This document shows, piece after piece, positions 1-10,510 of a stretch of 64,000 bases of DNA. Source of the DNA: Candidatus Zixiibacteriota bacterium (GTDB lineage: Bacteria > Zixibacteria > MSB-5A5 > SM1-73); assembly GCA_049694315.1 (NCBI GenBank), contig JBAVQU010000021.1, positions 20,372-84,371 of the forward strand, read 5' to 3'. Every line of letters begins with the position of its first letter. Position 1 is the stretch's first letter. Made by a program: the position numbers and the translations under genes. Below the pieces are notes generated by a model that ran no database searches, was not told the origin of the DNA, and saw only the letters and a program-made list of their open reading frames with translations.

Positions 1-1376
1 GACGATCTTCAGCCAATCCTGTGAGGGATTTTGATGCGGAGAGGTGACCACCTCCACCTCCTGTCCGCTGGAAAGAACGGTATTCAAGGGGATCATCTTT
101 CCGTCCACCTTAGCCCCAACGCAGTGATCACCTACCTGACTGTGAACCGCATAGGCAAAATCCAAAGGAGTGGATCCTTTAGGCAGTTGCTTCAGTTCCC
201 CTTTGGGAGTAAAGACGAAAATGTCGTCCCGATAGAGATCGATCTTGAGGTACTCCAAAAACTCCGACGGATTGGTCAGGTCCTTTTGCCACTCCAGCAT
301 CTCCCTTAACCAGGTCATCTGTTTGTCCGAATCGTCCGGCTCCTTTCGACCCTCTTTGTACAGCCAATGTGCGGCTATGCCGTATTCAGCCGTCCGGTGC
401 ATCTGATGAGTTCTGATCTGTATCTCCACCATCTTGCCCCGGGGACCGATCACCGTTGTATGAAGCGATTGGTACATGTTGGACTTGGGCAGGGCAATAT
501 AATCGCGGAAACGATCCGTCACCGGCATCCAGAGAGTATGAACTATGCCCAAAACATGATAGCAGTCTGCCTCCGTATCCAGGATGATGCGAATGGCAAA
601 GAGATCGTATATCTCCTCAAAAGGTTTTTCTCTTTTCTTCATCTTTCGATAGATGGAATCAAAATGCTTGGGTCTCCCGACTATCTCCGCCCTTATCCCT
701 GCCTTCTCCATCTCCCTACTCAAAGGCTTGGTGATCTCGGAGATATAGGCTTCCCGATCCTCTATTCTGGCGTTCACCTTCTTGACCAATTCATTATAAG
801 CCTCCGGATCCAAGTATTTCAGGGAGAGGTCCTCCAACTCCCATTTCACTCTGGCCATTCCAAAACGGTGTGCCAAGGGAGCGTAGACTTCACGCGTCTC
901 GGAGGCCACCCTCTTTTGCTTTTCTTTGTCCAGAGAGTCTAAGGTTCTCATGTTATGCAATCGGTCTGCCAGCTTGATGATTATCACCCGGATGTCTTTA
1001 GCCATAGAAAGAAGCATCTTCCGGAAGTACTCCACCTGCTCCTCTTCTAAGCTCTTGAATTTCAGCTCTCCGATTTTGGTGACTCCGTCCACCAAGAGGG
1101 CTATCTCCTCTCCGAACTCCTGCCCGACCTGCTCGATGGTTACGGAGGTGTCCTCTACTACGTCATGCAACAGGCCTGCCGCGATGGTAGCCGAGTCCAA
1201 GTGCTGCTCCGCTAAGATAAAAGCCACCTCCAGACAGTGTTCCAGATACGGCGTCTTCGATTCCCGGAACTGACCGCGGTGAGCCTTCGCCGAAAATTCG
1301 TATGCTTTTCTAACCAGTGAGATGTCGATGTTAGCGTTGAATGCTTCGACCGAGATTATGAATTCTGCCAGATTCA
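1..1376 (-). CDS. rel: Bifunctional (p)ppGpp synthetase/hydrolase of the RelA/SpoT family. Only the N-terminal part is present, covering the HD, synthetase and start of the TGS domain; the 3' end runs off the window start. Probable GTG start at 1376.
   Basis: Minus-strand translation of 1376..1 reads VNLAEFIISVEAFNANIDISLVRKAYEFSAKAHRGQFRESKTPYLEHCLEVA...LLHDVVEDT (HD domain), then ...DLFAIRIIL...QSLHTTVIGPRGK...EIQIRTHQMH (RelA_SpoT synthetase), then ...DDIFVFTPKGELKQLPKGSTPLDFAYAVHSQVG (TGS). An in-frame TAA lies just upstream of the GTG. Confidence 0.85.
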
Positions 1377-1525
1377 CTTACACCGCCTTCTGAATCGCCT
1401 TGGAAATCAGGCTCGGCCTTCAAATCGCTTCGGATTGGTTCCGCCAAGTAGTCGCTCTATCCATCGGACCTTCAGGCCAACCCACGCATCGGACACAACA
1501 GCCTTGAACTTGCTGGGTAACGGTC

Positions 1526-2605
1526 TCACGGCCTTTTGGTCTGGGCAATGTCTGGCTTATTTTTCAAGACCGCTTCCACCTTGGATACAATCTGCTCGGC
1601 CTTGATCTTGTCCATGCAGTTATAATGCGGACAGCTTACAGGTTTGCACTTAAAACAGACCGGCACCGGTGGAAGAATAATCTGATGTCCCTCGCCATAC
1701 GGTCCCCACCTGATGGGACTTGCGGCAAAGATGGGACAGAAGATGGCCACCGTGGGGGTGCCCAGCGACGAAGCCACGTGCATCGGTCCGGTGCTGTTCG
1801 AGATCACCACGTCCGCCTTCTTCAAAATGGCCGCCAACTGCCTAAGTGTCGTTCTGCCGGCCAAATCAAGAGATTCATGATGCATGCTCCGTTTTACGAG
1901 ATCAATCAGTTCCTTCTCCTGTTCCGAGCCGGTGAAGATTATCCGCGCCCTGAATTTCTCGATGAGCATGTCCGCTGCCTCGGCGAATCTCCTCGGTGGC
2001 AGGTTGAGAGAGGAATTGCCGCTTCCCGGATGAACAACCACCGCCACGTCTCCCGGTGCGATCTCGAATTCGTTGAAAATCTGATAGGCGAAGTTCTCCT
2101 CCTCCGGGGTAACATACATTTTGGGCAGGACCTTCCATTTTGGAATCTCCAGAGGTCCAAGCAGGTCTAAGTTGTACTCGGCCTCGTGACGCAGATTCAC
2201 CTTTCGGTGTACGTAAACCTTCCGATTAAGGAGGATCTGGTAGAGGCGGAAGCCGGTCCCGATTCTGTACCTTATCCCTGATAGAAAAAGCAGAAGGGCT
2301 GACAGTAAGGTCGGTCGTAATAAGATGCCAATGTCGAAGCCCTTCTTTCTTACCTCTTTGACCAGGTCGAAGAATCCGTTGATGCCTTTGTGACGATCTT
2401 CTGTGTCATCAATTATCACATCGTCAAGATACGGATTGTGTTTAAGCACGTCCGCGGCGTAGCGAGAAACCATCACGGCCACGTGCGCCTGGGGAAAACC
2501 GGATTTTATTACCTCCAAGACCGGTGTGGATAGAACCACGTCCCCGATGCGGTCGGTTCTAACCACCAGGAATCTTTCCTTGCCTGTTAGCTTGAGCTTT
2601 CTCAT
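1526..2605 (-). CDS. Glycosyltransferase family 9 protein, an ADP-heptose:LPS heptosyltransferase-like enzyme
   Basis: The 359-aa ORF has a GT9-type N-terminus (KERFLVVRTDRIGDVVLSTPVLE) and the GT9 C-terminal motif (ISNSTGPMHVASSLGTPTVAIF). It sits in an LPS-core gene cluster. Confidence 0.75.
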   Translation of the reverse strand: MRKLKLTGKERFLVVRTDRIGDVVLSTPVLEVIKSGFPQAHVAVMVSRYAADVLKHNPYLDDVIIDDTEDRHKGINGFFDLVKEVRKKGFDIGILLRPTLLSALLLFLSGIRYRIGTGFRLYQILLNRKVYVHRKVNLRHEAEYNLDLLGPLEIPKWKVLPKMYVTPEEENFAYQIFNEFEIAPGDVAVVVHPGSGNSSLNLPPRRFAEAADMLIEKFRARIIFTGSEQEKELIDLVKRSMHHESLDLAGRTTLRQLAAILKKADVVISNSTGPMHVASSLGTPTVAIFCPIFAASPIRWGPYGEGHQIILPPVPVCFKCKPVSCPHYNCMDKIKAEQIVSKVEAVLKNKPDIAQTKRP

Positions 2606-2650
2606 TTTTCTATCGAGAGATTCACATCGGTATCCATAGAATATACGCTG

Positions 2651-3463
2651 TTATCCCTTCTGCAACGTGGACTCTTGCAACGACCGGGAAACACGCTCTG
2701 GTGACCCTTCCTCACCTTTGGGCTGGTACAAATGCCAGAGCTTCACGTATTTGGAGAAAACGTGGAATGCCGAGGAAACAGCCAAAATAACTCCCGGAAG
2801 ACCATCCAAAAACCCTCTTTTGAAGAAATACATCTTAAAAAAGGTGACAGCCGGTCTTAAGAGAATATCCGGCAGGCCCGCCTTCTTCCCCTCTTTCAAA
2901 AGCTGCGTTGCGTCAATCGTCGTATACCGGTTCAGTTTCGATAGATAGTGATCAAAATCCGGGTCGGTCCGATGCAGAAGATCGTTTTTCATGTATCCGC
3001 ATTTTCCGCAAACCTCCACTTCCTCGTGCACCAACCGGGCGGTGAACTTCCCTTTGTCATTTCTGAAAAAACGCAGAACAAAATCCGGATACCATCCCCC
3101 ATGTTTGATCCATCGGCCCAGGAAAACCGACTTTCTGGGAATGAAGTAACCATCCAAAGGTTGTTCAGAATCTGCTATTCCTTGAATTTCTTCACGCAGC
3201 TTTTGGGATACGACCTCGTCTGCATCCAGGGACAGCAACCATTTTCCAGAGGCCAGCTTTCTGGCGTGCTCTTTGGCTGGACCGAAGCCTTCCCACTTTA
3301 GCTCGAAGATCTTGTCAGTAAACTCGGAGGAAATCTCTCTGGTATTGTCGGTGCTGTACGAATCCACCACAATGATCTCGTCTGCCCAACTGATGCTTTC
3401 CAGACAGCGCCTAATATTGGTCGATTCATTGCATGTGATGACCACACAAGAGATCTTGTTCAA
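2651..3463 (-). CDS. Glycosyltransferase family 2 protein of the LPS-core type. Probable TTG start at 3463, overlapping the upstream stop as TTGA.
   Basis: Carries the GT2 motif ISCVVITCNESTNIRRCLESI...VVDSYSTDNT...LSLDADE. The longest ORF overlaps the upstream ligase gene by 220 bp. An in-frame TTG preceded by GGAGGGGGAG removes the overlap. Confidence 0.7.
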   Translation of the reverse strand: MNKISCVVITCNESTNIRRCLESISWADEIIVVDSYSTDNTREISSEFTDKIFELKWEGFGPAKEHARKLASGKWLLSLDADEVVSQKLREEIQGIADSEQPLDGYFIPRKSVFLGRWIKHGGWYPDFVLRFFRNDKGKFTARLVHEEVEVCGKCGYMKNDLLHRTDPDFDHYLSKLNRYTTIDATQLLKEGKKAGLPDILLRPAVTFFKMYFFKRGFLDGLPGVILAVSSAFHVFSKYVKLWHLYQPKGEEGSPERVSRSLQESTLQKG

Positions 3464-4683
3464 GCTTCTCCCCCTCCGGCAGAAAGATTCACGACGGTGG
3501 TCACTCCCAGAACAAACATGATGAGCATATTCACTTCCGCATCGGTATAGTAACACTGGAATAGGCTGGCGAAAAGAAAGCCAACGATGGCACTGGCGCC
3601 ACCCATCTGCACCGCGTATCGGAAACCATTCTTTTTTTTCTTGGCCATCGCCTTGATGGTGGAATAGAGGAAAATAATCCACATACTCATATAGGCCAGC
3701 AGCCCCAGAAACCCGGAGTTGACCGTTACGTTCAGGAAATCATTATGCGGATGACAGGTGGTATCATAGTATCCCTCTACTTTGTAACGGTCAAACAGCC
3801 GGCTAAAATTGCCCAGCCCGATCCCCCAGATGGGTTTGTCCTTTATCATGTTTATTGAAGTCAACCATAATCTTATTCTGGTGGACTCCACTTTATCTTT
3901 GGATAAGCTGATTTCCTTAATCCTGTCCCAGCTGGTGGGTTCAATTAGGTAGATCGCCACAAAGAGCAATAACATACCCAAGGTCAGAAGAATGACGAAC
4001 TTCTTGCCCCTCAGAAAACCAAAAGTCAAAACCCCCATTGCCGCTCCAAACCAGGCGCTGCGGGCATAGCAGAAAACCAGTGACAGCCCTATCACTATGG
4101 GTGCAAGGAAATCCATGATTCCGTGAAAACCGTATCTTCTGTTGGCCAGAGCCATCGCGGACGTCATCAGAAAAGCAAGCATGTAATACCCGCCGAACGT
4201 GAGATGATGATCAAAGAATCCCAGACTGATGTATACCTGTCCTCGTGCCTCAAGCTGGCTATGGCGATACAGGTCCATTCCCGAATAATGCTGCCATATG
4301 GCGTAGAATCCCACCAGAACGGAGACGGAGATCAGAATGGTCAGAAGTTTCTTGACTTGGGCTTCCTCTTTGACATGATTGACGATCAGGAAGAAAATCA
4401 GCAGCAACCATTCCTCTTTTAAGGCCAAAAGACTCTGAATCTTGTAAGGGGAGAATATGACTGCGATCGCCTGAGTCCCCACATAGAGGAGAATCGGCAG
4501 GTTCAAAGGTGTGTAGATAAACTTTAGGCTTCTGGACAAAACAGATTTCGTCAACCAAGCCAGAAGCGCCAGATTGACCATGGTCTGCGCCCCGGCTATC
4601 GACCAAGGGGAAAAGGCCGCGAAACCACACAGGGAAAACCAGATTATCTTGTCCGCCGTCTTTATCGCATTTTCTCTGGTCAT
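3460..4683 (-). CDS. O-antigen ligase (WaaL/RfaL) family membrane protein
   Basis: This 407-aa polytopic membrane protein has about 10 hydrophobic segments and a large loop. It lies inside an LPS cluster between glycosyltransferases. Confidence 0.65.
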   Translation of the reverse strand: MTRENAIKTADKIIWFSLCGFAAFSPWSIAGAQTMVNLALLAWLTKSVLSRSLKFIYTPLNLPILLYVGTQAIAVIFSPYKIQSLLALKEEWLLLIFFLIVNHVKEEAQVKKLLTILISVSVLVGFYAIWQHYSGMDLYRHSQLEARGQVYISLGFFDHHLTFGGYYMLAFLMTSAMALANRRYGFHGIMDFLAPIVIGLSLVFCYARSAWFGAAMGVLTFGFLRGKKFVILLTLGMLLLFVAIYLIEPTSWDRIKEISLSKDKVESTRIRLWLTSINMIKDKPIWGIGLGNFSRLFDRYKVEGYYDTTCHPHNDFLNVTVNSGFLGLLAYMSMWIIFLYSTIKAMAKKKKNGFRYAVQMGGASAIVGFLFASLFQCYYTDAEVNMLIMFVLGVTTVVNLSAGGGEA

Positions 4684-5019
4684 GATTAATAGCCTAAAGA
4701 TTCTCAGGCCGAGTGTTCACCTTGTGCTCGTCTGCCAATTGTGATGACGACCCTACATAGAGCTACAAGAAGAAGGGAAATGTAGGGGCGACCTTTCCCC
4801 GCACTGATCCCCTCCTTGACGGGAGAAATGTGGTTCCCCGCAAAGCCAGCTTCCTGAGAGGACAAGTCCGTCCCTTGCCGAGGTTTTCCGAGAACGACGT
4901 ACTGTGTTCTCAAGACCTGTTAACTCAAGAAGCTGACGAGCCTTGGGCGAACCAGGTCAAGCGCGCCATCCGCACACGCCAGAGAACTTCTCGGATTTGC
5001 TTCTTAGAGTTCCAAGCTG

Positions 5020-6147
5020 CTAACCCAACAGGCTAAAATATACATCTTCCGTTTGCTGAGCAAAGAGATTTAACGTGAATTTTCCCGTCACGATTCGGCG
5101 ACTTGCTTCTCCGAATTCTCTCCTCCTCTTGTCATCTTGCAGCAATTGGACCAGGGCACAAGCCAATTCATCTGCATTCCCCGGTTCCACCAGAAGCCCG
5201 TTGACCTGATGTTCTACCACCTCGGGAATGGCATTGACCCTAGTTCCCACCACCGGTTTTCCCATGGACATGTATTCCAGAGCCACCCGGCAGATGGTCT
5301 CTGAGCCCACGGAGCACACCACGCCCACGTCGAAGAGAGAGATGATCTCTCGAACGTCCTCGACCTTCCCCAGAAACCGAAATTTCTCCTGCAACCCGAT
5401 TGCTCCTACCTCCTGTTTCAATTCCGCAGCGTTTATTTGTGCATCCTCGCCGCATACGATGAATATCACGTCGGGTATCTGCCGAACGACCTGTTCTGCC
5501 GCTTGAATTAGGAACCGGTGCCCTTTGACCGGAGAAAGCCTCCCTACGATTCCCACCACCAGACTCCCTTCCGGGAGGCTCAGGTTCCACCACCATGTGT
5601 GGTCACTGTCCCGCGGAGAGAAGAAATCATGATCTATTCCCACCGGAACGTTGATCAACTTATCCTGCGGCATATTCAGGTGTGTCAAGTAACTGGTCCT
5701 TAGAATGTCACAGGTGGTTATGATCCTATCCGTAAGCCCCCGATTTAGAAGTCGGCCAAAAAGATCGCCTTTCGGGGATCTCACGTCACCCCTGGTTCTC
5801 ACCAAAGGAACTCCCAGCCTGAATAAGCTTCTGGCCAGCGCGGCAATAGTGTGACCTTCCCCCCGGTGAGCATTTATCACGTCGATTCTTTCCTTCTGGA
5901 CCAAATTCACCATTCTTTTGACGTTGCGCGCGATCATCCACGGGTCTTTGTGGCTCAGATAAAGGTCATCGCAGACTGAAAGTCCCATTTCTTTGGCTTT
6001 CAAAAGGGGCGGGCTGTGGGGATCGCCAGCGACTATCACCTTGTGCCCTTTCTTCTTCAAGGCATAGGACAGGCTCACCGCATAGTAGGCGCAGGCATTA
6101 TACCACTCTACGTTGATCAACTGTAAGACGTTCAATCTTCTCCGCAA
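5020..6147 (-). CDS. Glycosyltransferase family 4 (group 1) protein
   Basis: The N-terminus reads VLQLINVEWYNACAYYAVSLSYALKKKGHKV and the C-terminal motif is GKPVVGTRVNAIPEVVEHQVNGLLVEP, both typical of GT4. Confidence 0.75.
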   Translation of the reverse strand: MRRRLNVLQLINVEWYNACAYYAVSLSYALKKKGHKVIVAGDPHSPPLLKAKEMGLSVCDDLYLSHKDPWMIARNVKRMVNLVQKERIDVINAHRGEGHTIAALARSLFRLGVPLVRTRGDVRSPKGDLFGRLLNRGLTDRIITTCDILRTSYLTHLNMPQDKLINVPVGIDHDFFSPRDSDHTWWWNLSLPEGSLVVGIVGRLSPVKGHRFLIQAAEQVVRQIPDVIFIVCGEDAQINAAELKQEVGAIGLQEKFRFLGKVEDVREIISLFDVGVVCSVGSETICRVALEYMSMGKPVVGTRVNAIPEVVEHQVNGLLVEPGNADELACALVQLLQDDKRRREFGEASRRIVTGKFTLNLFAQQTEDVYFSLLG

Positions 6148-7243
6148 TTCCTCTCTCTTCGATTTCCTGCAAGTCCTTCAGGAGCTTAAGGAAGACTCCT
6201 TGGACCTCCTCCACCGTGATTAAGTCTAAGCAGGAAAGTTCGTGGCATTTATCTTTGATTTTGTCGCAGTCGGGGCAGTCCATGTCGCTTTTTAGGACTT
6301 TGTGTCGACAGGGATCGGGATAGGTCCAGTTTGTCGGGTCTTCAGGTCCGAAGACAGTGATGGTTGGTTTACCCATGGCCACGGCGATATGCTTGGTGCC
6401 GTTGTCATTGCCGATATGGAGGTCGCACCTCTTCAGCATGGCGCCCAGTTGAAAAAGACTTCTGGTTTCCTGGCTTACTGCCGGTTTCTCTCTCATCAGA
6501 CTCTTGACCTCTTCCACCACTTCTTTCTCATCCGGTCCCCAAACCAAAATCACATTAGCCCGAAATTCGGAGATAAGCCAGTCAGCCAATTGGGCGAATC
6601 GGTTCAAAGGCCACCGCCGAAAACGCCTCCGGCTGGTGGGAGAGATTGAAATTGTGAACTTACTTTCCTCAAGACCGTTTTCTTTGAAGAACCTTTCTGC
6701 AGATGCCTCGGCTTCTTCCGGGATAAAGAAATCCAGTTTCAGATCCTGACTCTGCCAACCAAGCCTTCTTAGTACTTGCAGTTTATGGACGGCGGCGTAC
6801 TTAGGCACTCCATCGTCTTTCACCACCAGGTTATAGAACAGCCTTCTAAAGTGAAGATCGTGTCCTACCCGGCGCTTGGCACCGGAAAAAAGGGAAATGT
6901 AAGCGCTCCGGGGGTTGCCCATGAAATCTATCGCTAAATCAAACGACCTCTTCCTGATTTCCCACATCTTTCGGAAGGAGTAGAAAGGATTCTGGTACCT
7001 CTCCCGCTCCAGGACAATCAACTCGTCTAAGTAAGGATTCAGAGCCAGAAGATCCGAAGACTCCTTTTCGGTAAGGAAAACAATGTAGCTTTCGGGACAA
7101 CTTACCCTCAGGGCACGCACCGCCGGAGTGCACAATAGCACATCGCCGATGCGGCGGAGTTGAACCAAGAGTATTCTCTGAGGGCAGTTCATGGTTTGAT
7201 TTGCTGACAGAGGGGTCGGAGTTTGTCCCGGGCCGGGAGTCAC
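6098..7243 (-). CDS. Glycosyltransferase family 9 protein (heptosyltransferase-like), the second GT9 paralog in the cluster
   Basis: Reads RILLVQLRRIGDVLLCTPAVRAL...HIGNDNGTKHIAVAMGKPTITVFGP, which is GT9-like. Confidence 0.75.
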   Translation of the reverse strand: MTPGPGQTPTPLSANQTMNCPQRILLVQLRRIGDVLLCTPAVRALRVSCPESYIVFLTEKESSDLLALNPYLDELIVLERERYQNPFYSFRKMWEIRKRSFDLAIDFMGNPRSAYISLFSGAKRRVGHDLHFRRLFYNLVVKDDGVPKYAAVHKLQVLRRLGWQSQDLKLDFFIPEEAEASAERFFKENGLEESKFTISISPTSRRRFRRWPLNRFAQLADWLISEFRANVILVWGPDEKEVVEEVKSLMREKPAVSQETRSLFQLGAMLKRCDLHIGNDNGTKHIAVAMGKPTITVFGPEDPTNWTYPDPCRHKVLKSDMDCPDCDKIKDKCHELSCLDLITVEEVQGVFLKLLKDLQEIEERGIAEKIERLTVDQRRVV

Positions 7244-7600
7244 AATTCAGAAGCCTTCAGCCGAAATGTCCGAGGATGAGAAGCGGTGAAAGGCTACTCT
7301 CGTAAAAGGAACAAATCGGCGCAGCGGTATGTTAGCCAAAAACTGATCCGAGAGCTCTGTCTCTTTGGGTTGGTCGCAGAGACCGTCCGCAGGATCTTCC
7401 GCCCTCCTGGTGACTATCGATCTGCTACCTCGATTCGAAGTGGTAACGCGGTGGCCCTTCCTGTTCCGCCGACGCAGACATTGCTGCCAAAGTTTCTGCG
7501 TGTTGCTGGCAGTAAGGACGACCACTGGGGGCGTCCGTGCGTCCATTTGATAACCAGCGGTCCGCGCCACTTTTTTTCGCGGAAGTCTTACAGCCGGGCC

Positions 7601-8821
7601 TTACTTATTCAATTTCTTTTGCACCCGGTCAATGTTACCCCGCACGAATTGGATCTCCGGTTGGGCACTGTTCGTTTCGAAGATGAGAAGGGCGCGTTTG
7701 TAGTATTGCATGGCTTGAGAGAAATCCCCGTTCTGTTCCAATACCGAGCCGATGTTGGTCAGATCGCCGGCCTGGCCCATCATATCCCCGCTGGTGCTGT
7801 CAATAACCAAAGCCTGACGATTATACTCCAAAGCCTTCTCTATGTTCCCCCTTTCCTGGTAGATCAGACCGATGTTGCCTAAAACGCTCGCCTCGCTCTT
7901 TCTGTCACCGGCTTTCCGGAACAGCAGCAGTGATTGCTCAAAAAGAAGGACGGCACTGTCCAGCTTGCCGCCTGCCTTATAGGTTAACGCTAAATTATTC
8001 AACTGCGCCGCTTGAGTAAACAGGTCCGTCTCTGGTTCCTGGATCTCAAGTGATCTTTTGTGATAGACTTCAGCGCTATCCGTGTTTCCCTTCATCTGAT
8101 ATATAAACCCTATGTTAGCTAGCGCATTCTTTTCACCGGAGCTGTCGCCCATGCGTTTGAAAACTCCAAGCAGGTTAAAGTAATTCTCTATGGCTCCATT
8201 CAAGTCATCGGCCAACTTTGAAGCCAAACCCAGATTGGAGTAAATCACCGCCAGGGCCGAATCATCGCCCGTCTCCTTGCCGACCCGTTCCGCCTGATAA
8301 TAGTAATTGATGGCCGGGCCGTATTCTTTCAGAAATGCTTCCGAGTTGCCCATCAGAACGAAGAAATCGAGCCTTTCCTTGTCAGAGAGATTCAAGTCCA
8401 AGGCCTGTCGGAAAACCTCCAAAGCCCGGGAATGCTCCCCTTTCATTTTATATTCCAGACCCTGCCTGAAGAAAAGCTGAACCTGCGGTTTGTCCGTTTT
8501 GTTCAACTCACCAATGTAATCTTGAAGTTCGGATAGAAACCTGCTCACCCGATTTGATTGGACTGCGGATGGCTGCTCGGCTGGAATCGTTTGTTCACTT
8601 CGCCTCTGCTGCCCCTTCCGTGCCATTAGTCTGATGTCCACCAGGGCTAAGACCAGAACGATAAGAAACAGGATCAATCCTTCCCTGACTGCAAAACCTT
8701 TGGATTTTTTTTGCCTGAGGTCAAGGTAAATCTTTGCGATGGAAAAGACCAAAATCAAGATTAGCGATACTAAGATGACGGTGGACCACATACCTCTCTC
8801 CTTCCTGACTGGAAAACTCAT
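7601..8821 (-). CDS. TPR-repeat protein with N-terminal membrane anchors
   Basis: Has two N-terminal hydrophobic helices followed by multiple 34-aa TPR-like repeats (A..Y.NLG..Y...G....A...Y..AL). Confidence 0.6.
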   Translation of the reverse strand: MSFPVRKERGMWSTVILVSLILILVFSIAKIYLDLRQKKSKGFAVREGLILFLIVLVLALVDIRLMARKGQQRRSEQTIPAEQPSAVQSNRVSRFLSELQDYIGELNKTDKPQVQLFFRQGLEYKMKGEHSRALEVFRQALDLNLSDKERLDFFVLMGNSEAFLKEYGPAINYYYQAERVGKETGDDSALAVIYSNLGLASKLADDLNGAIENYFNLLGVFKRMGDSSGEKNALANIGFIYQMKGNTDSAEVYHKRSLEIQEPETDLFTQAAQLNNLALTYKAGGKLDSAVLLFEQSLLLFRKAGDRKSEASVLGNIGLIYQERGNIEKALEYNRQALVIDSTSGDMMGQAGDLTNIGSVLEQNGDFSQAMQYYKRALLIFETNSAQPEIQFVRGNIDRVQKKLNK

Positions 8822-8868
8822 TCTTATGGCACGCCGCGCGCCCGCCCGATAGCGACTTTGACTGGGGA

Positions 8869-10334
8869 CTAAAAGTCGAAATAATCGTGATAATCAAATG
8901 AAAAATCTTCCGGAAGATATTCGCCTAATCTGGCGTCAAGTGTATACTTTCCGCGATAATCTCCCTTCGAAATCCTCTCCACAGCTTCGATCAACCAGTC
9001 TGCGTCCTGGCGGGTATTGTAAAAACCGAAACTTACCCGAACGGCGCCGGGAAGATTAGCTTTGTATGATCTTTTGATCTCCTCCTTAAGCTGCCTGGTT
9101 TGTTCCTCTGTTATGCCCAAGAGGCTTTTGATGTAAGGGTGAGCGCAAAAACACCCATGCCGCACCCCAATGCCTGCCTCGTAGCTCAATACGCTGGACA
9201 CCAAGGCGTGATGGACTCCAGTCAAGTTGAAAGGGATCACCCCCAGGCGATCCCCCTCCAACAGATCACTTCCATAGATAGCCGTGCCTTTGATTGATTC
9301 GAGGCTCTCAATGGTATACCGGGTCAATTCCTTCTCATGTTGGGCGATGAGGTCCATCCCGATTCCCTTTAAGGTCTCTATCGACTGGGCCAGGGCCACT
9401 GCCCCAACCACGTTTGGAGAGCCGACCTCTTCTTTGTTGGGCAAACCGGTCCACTGGACTTCATCTCTGGTAACCAACTCTACCGTCCCTCCTCCCACAT
9501 GCTCCGGGTCCCCCTGCAGGAAAACCGACTTCGGTCCGATGAGGACTCCTGTGCCAAACGGCGCATACAGCTTGTGGGCCGAGAAAACCAGAAAATCGAT
9601 GTGCTCCGGATCGTCGTCGGGTCTGACATCGACCGAGCGGTGAGCAACCAATTGAGCTGCATCCACAACTATTTTTGCGCCGCACCGATGGGCCAACCCG
9701 GCTACACGATGAATTGGTGTCACGTAGCCGGTGACGTTGGACGCAGCGGTGATGGCCACCAGTTGAATCCTTCCGTTGCCGTTCCTCAGCTTGGCTTCGA
9801 TGTCCTCCAGACTCAGCCCCCCCTCTTGTCCACCTCGGCATAAATCACCTTAGCCCTTCTTCTCCAGGGGAGATCGTTGGAATGATGCTCCATGCCTGTG
9901 GATAGCACCACCGATCCCTCTTCGAGAGGAAAACGATAGGCCAGCTTGTTCAGGGCCTCAGAAGTATTCTTGGTAAAAATGACCGCATTCGACGAGAGGT
10001 CCGCCCCCACAAAGTTCCCTGCCACCTCATGTGCCGAATCATACACCCAGGACGACAGCATGGATTTGAAACCGGACCCCCGGTGGACGCTGGAGTACCA
10101 TTCCATGAATTGGCTGACCTTCTCCAGTACCGGCAAAAGCGACGGGGTGCTGGCGGCGTTGTCCAGATTCACGTACCTCCGTAGAGACCCATCCATAAGG
10201 GGCACTTGTCTATCCACGCCCACGATCAGATTCCGAAGGCGACTGAAACGAACGTCGAGATCCTCTGCCGTTGCCTTAACAACGCCCATACTCGTTTCTC
10301 TCCCGCCTCCCGGCACGTTGGGGTTTCGGGCCAT
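8869..10334 (-). pseudogene. Class V aminotransferase of the cysteine desulfurase/selenocysteine lyase family (SufS/CsdA-like). It is split by a -1 frameshift in a C7/G7 homopolymer at 9817-9823.
   Basis: The N-terminal ORF contains YVNLDNAASTP. The C-terminal ORF contains ITAASNVTGYV, the PLP-lysine motif FSAHKLYAPFGTGVL and the active-site Cys motif RHGCFCAHPY. Adding one G to the run fuses them as ...EVDKRGGLSLEDIEAKLRNGNGRIQLVAITAASNVTG. Confidence 0.65.
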
Positions 10335-10510
10335 AAGTCCTGTCGCTCAGCAAAATAAGTCAACCCCTCATTTTGTCAAGAGGAAATTGGACTGTCCCTG
10401 CTCGGTCGCCGCGGTTAGTGCGGCAGCCAAATATTCCCTAAACAAGTGTATTGGCCTTTCGTATACCAACAAGGGGATTTAAGCGGCGACCTAAAGGCGG
10501 AGGAAAAACT

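Noticed and set aside
1625-2170. Plus-strand ORFs antisense to the GT9 gene, plus many similar antisense ORFs in the track (for example 34635..35288, 39621..40046, 54492..55142, 57158..57727)
   Set aside because: They lie entirely inside well-supported genes on the opposite strand. They have no motifs and show biased low-complexity composition typical of antisense frames.
7247-7570. A 107-aa minus-strand ORF in the GT9/TPR intergenic gap
   Set aside because: It has no start context, an Arg/Ser-rich composition and overlaps a plus-strand ORF of equal quality. It was treated as non-coding.
7244-7600. RNase P RNA or other large housekeeping ncRNA in the 357-bp gap
   Set aside because: The interval is of RNase-P-like length and has a GAAATGTCC segment. 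It lacks the universally conserved AGGAAAGUCC, GGUAAAC..AGCAAGGCCAAAUAGG and ACAGAAxCCGGCUUA blocks in the correct order.
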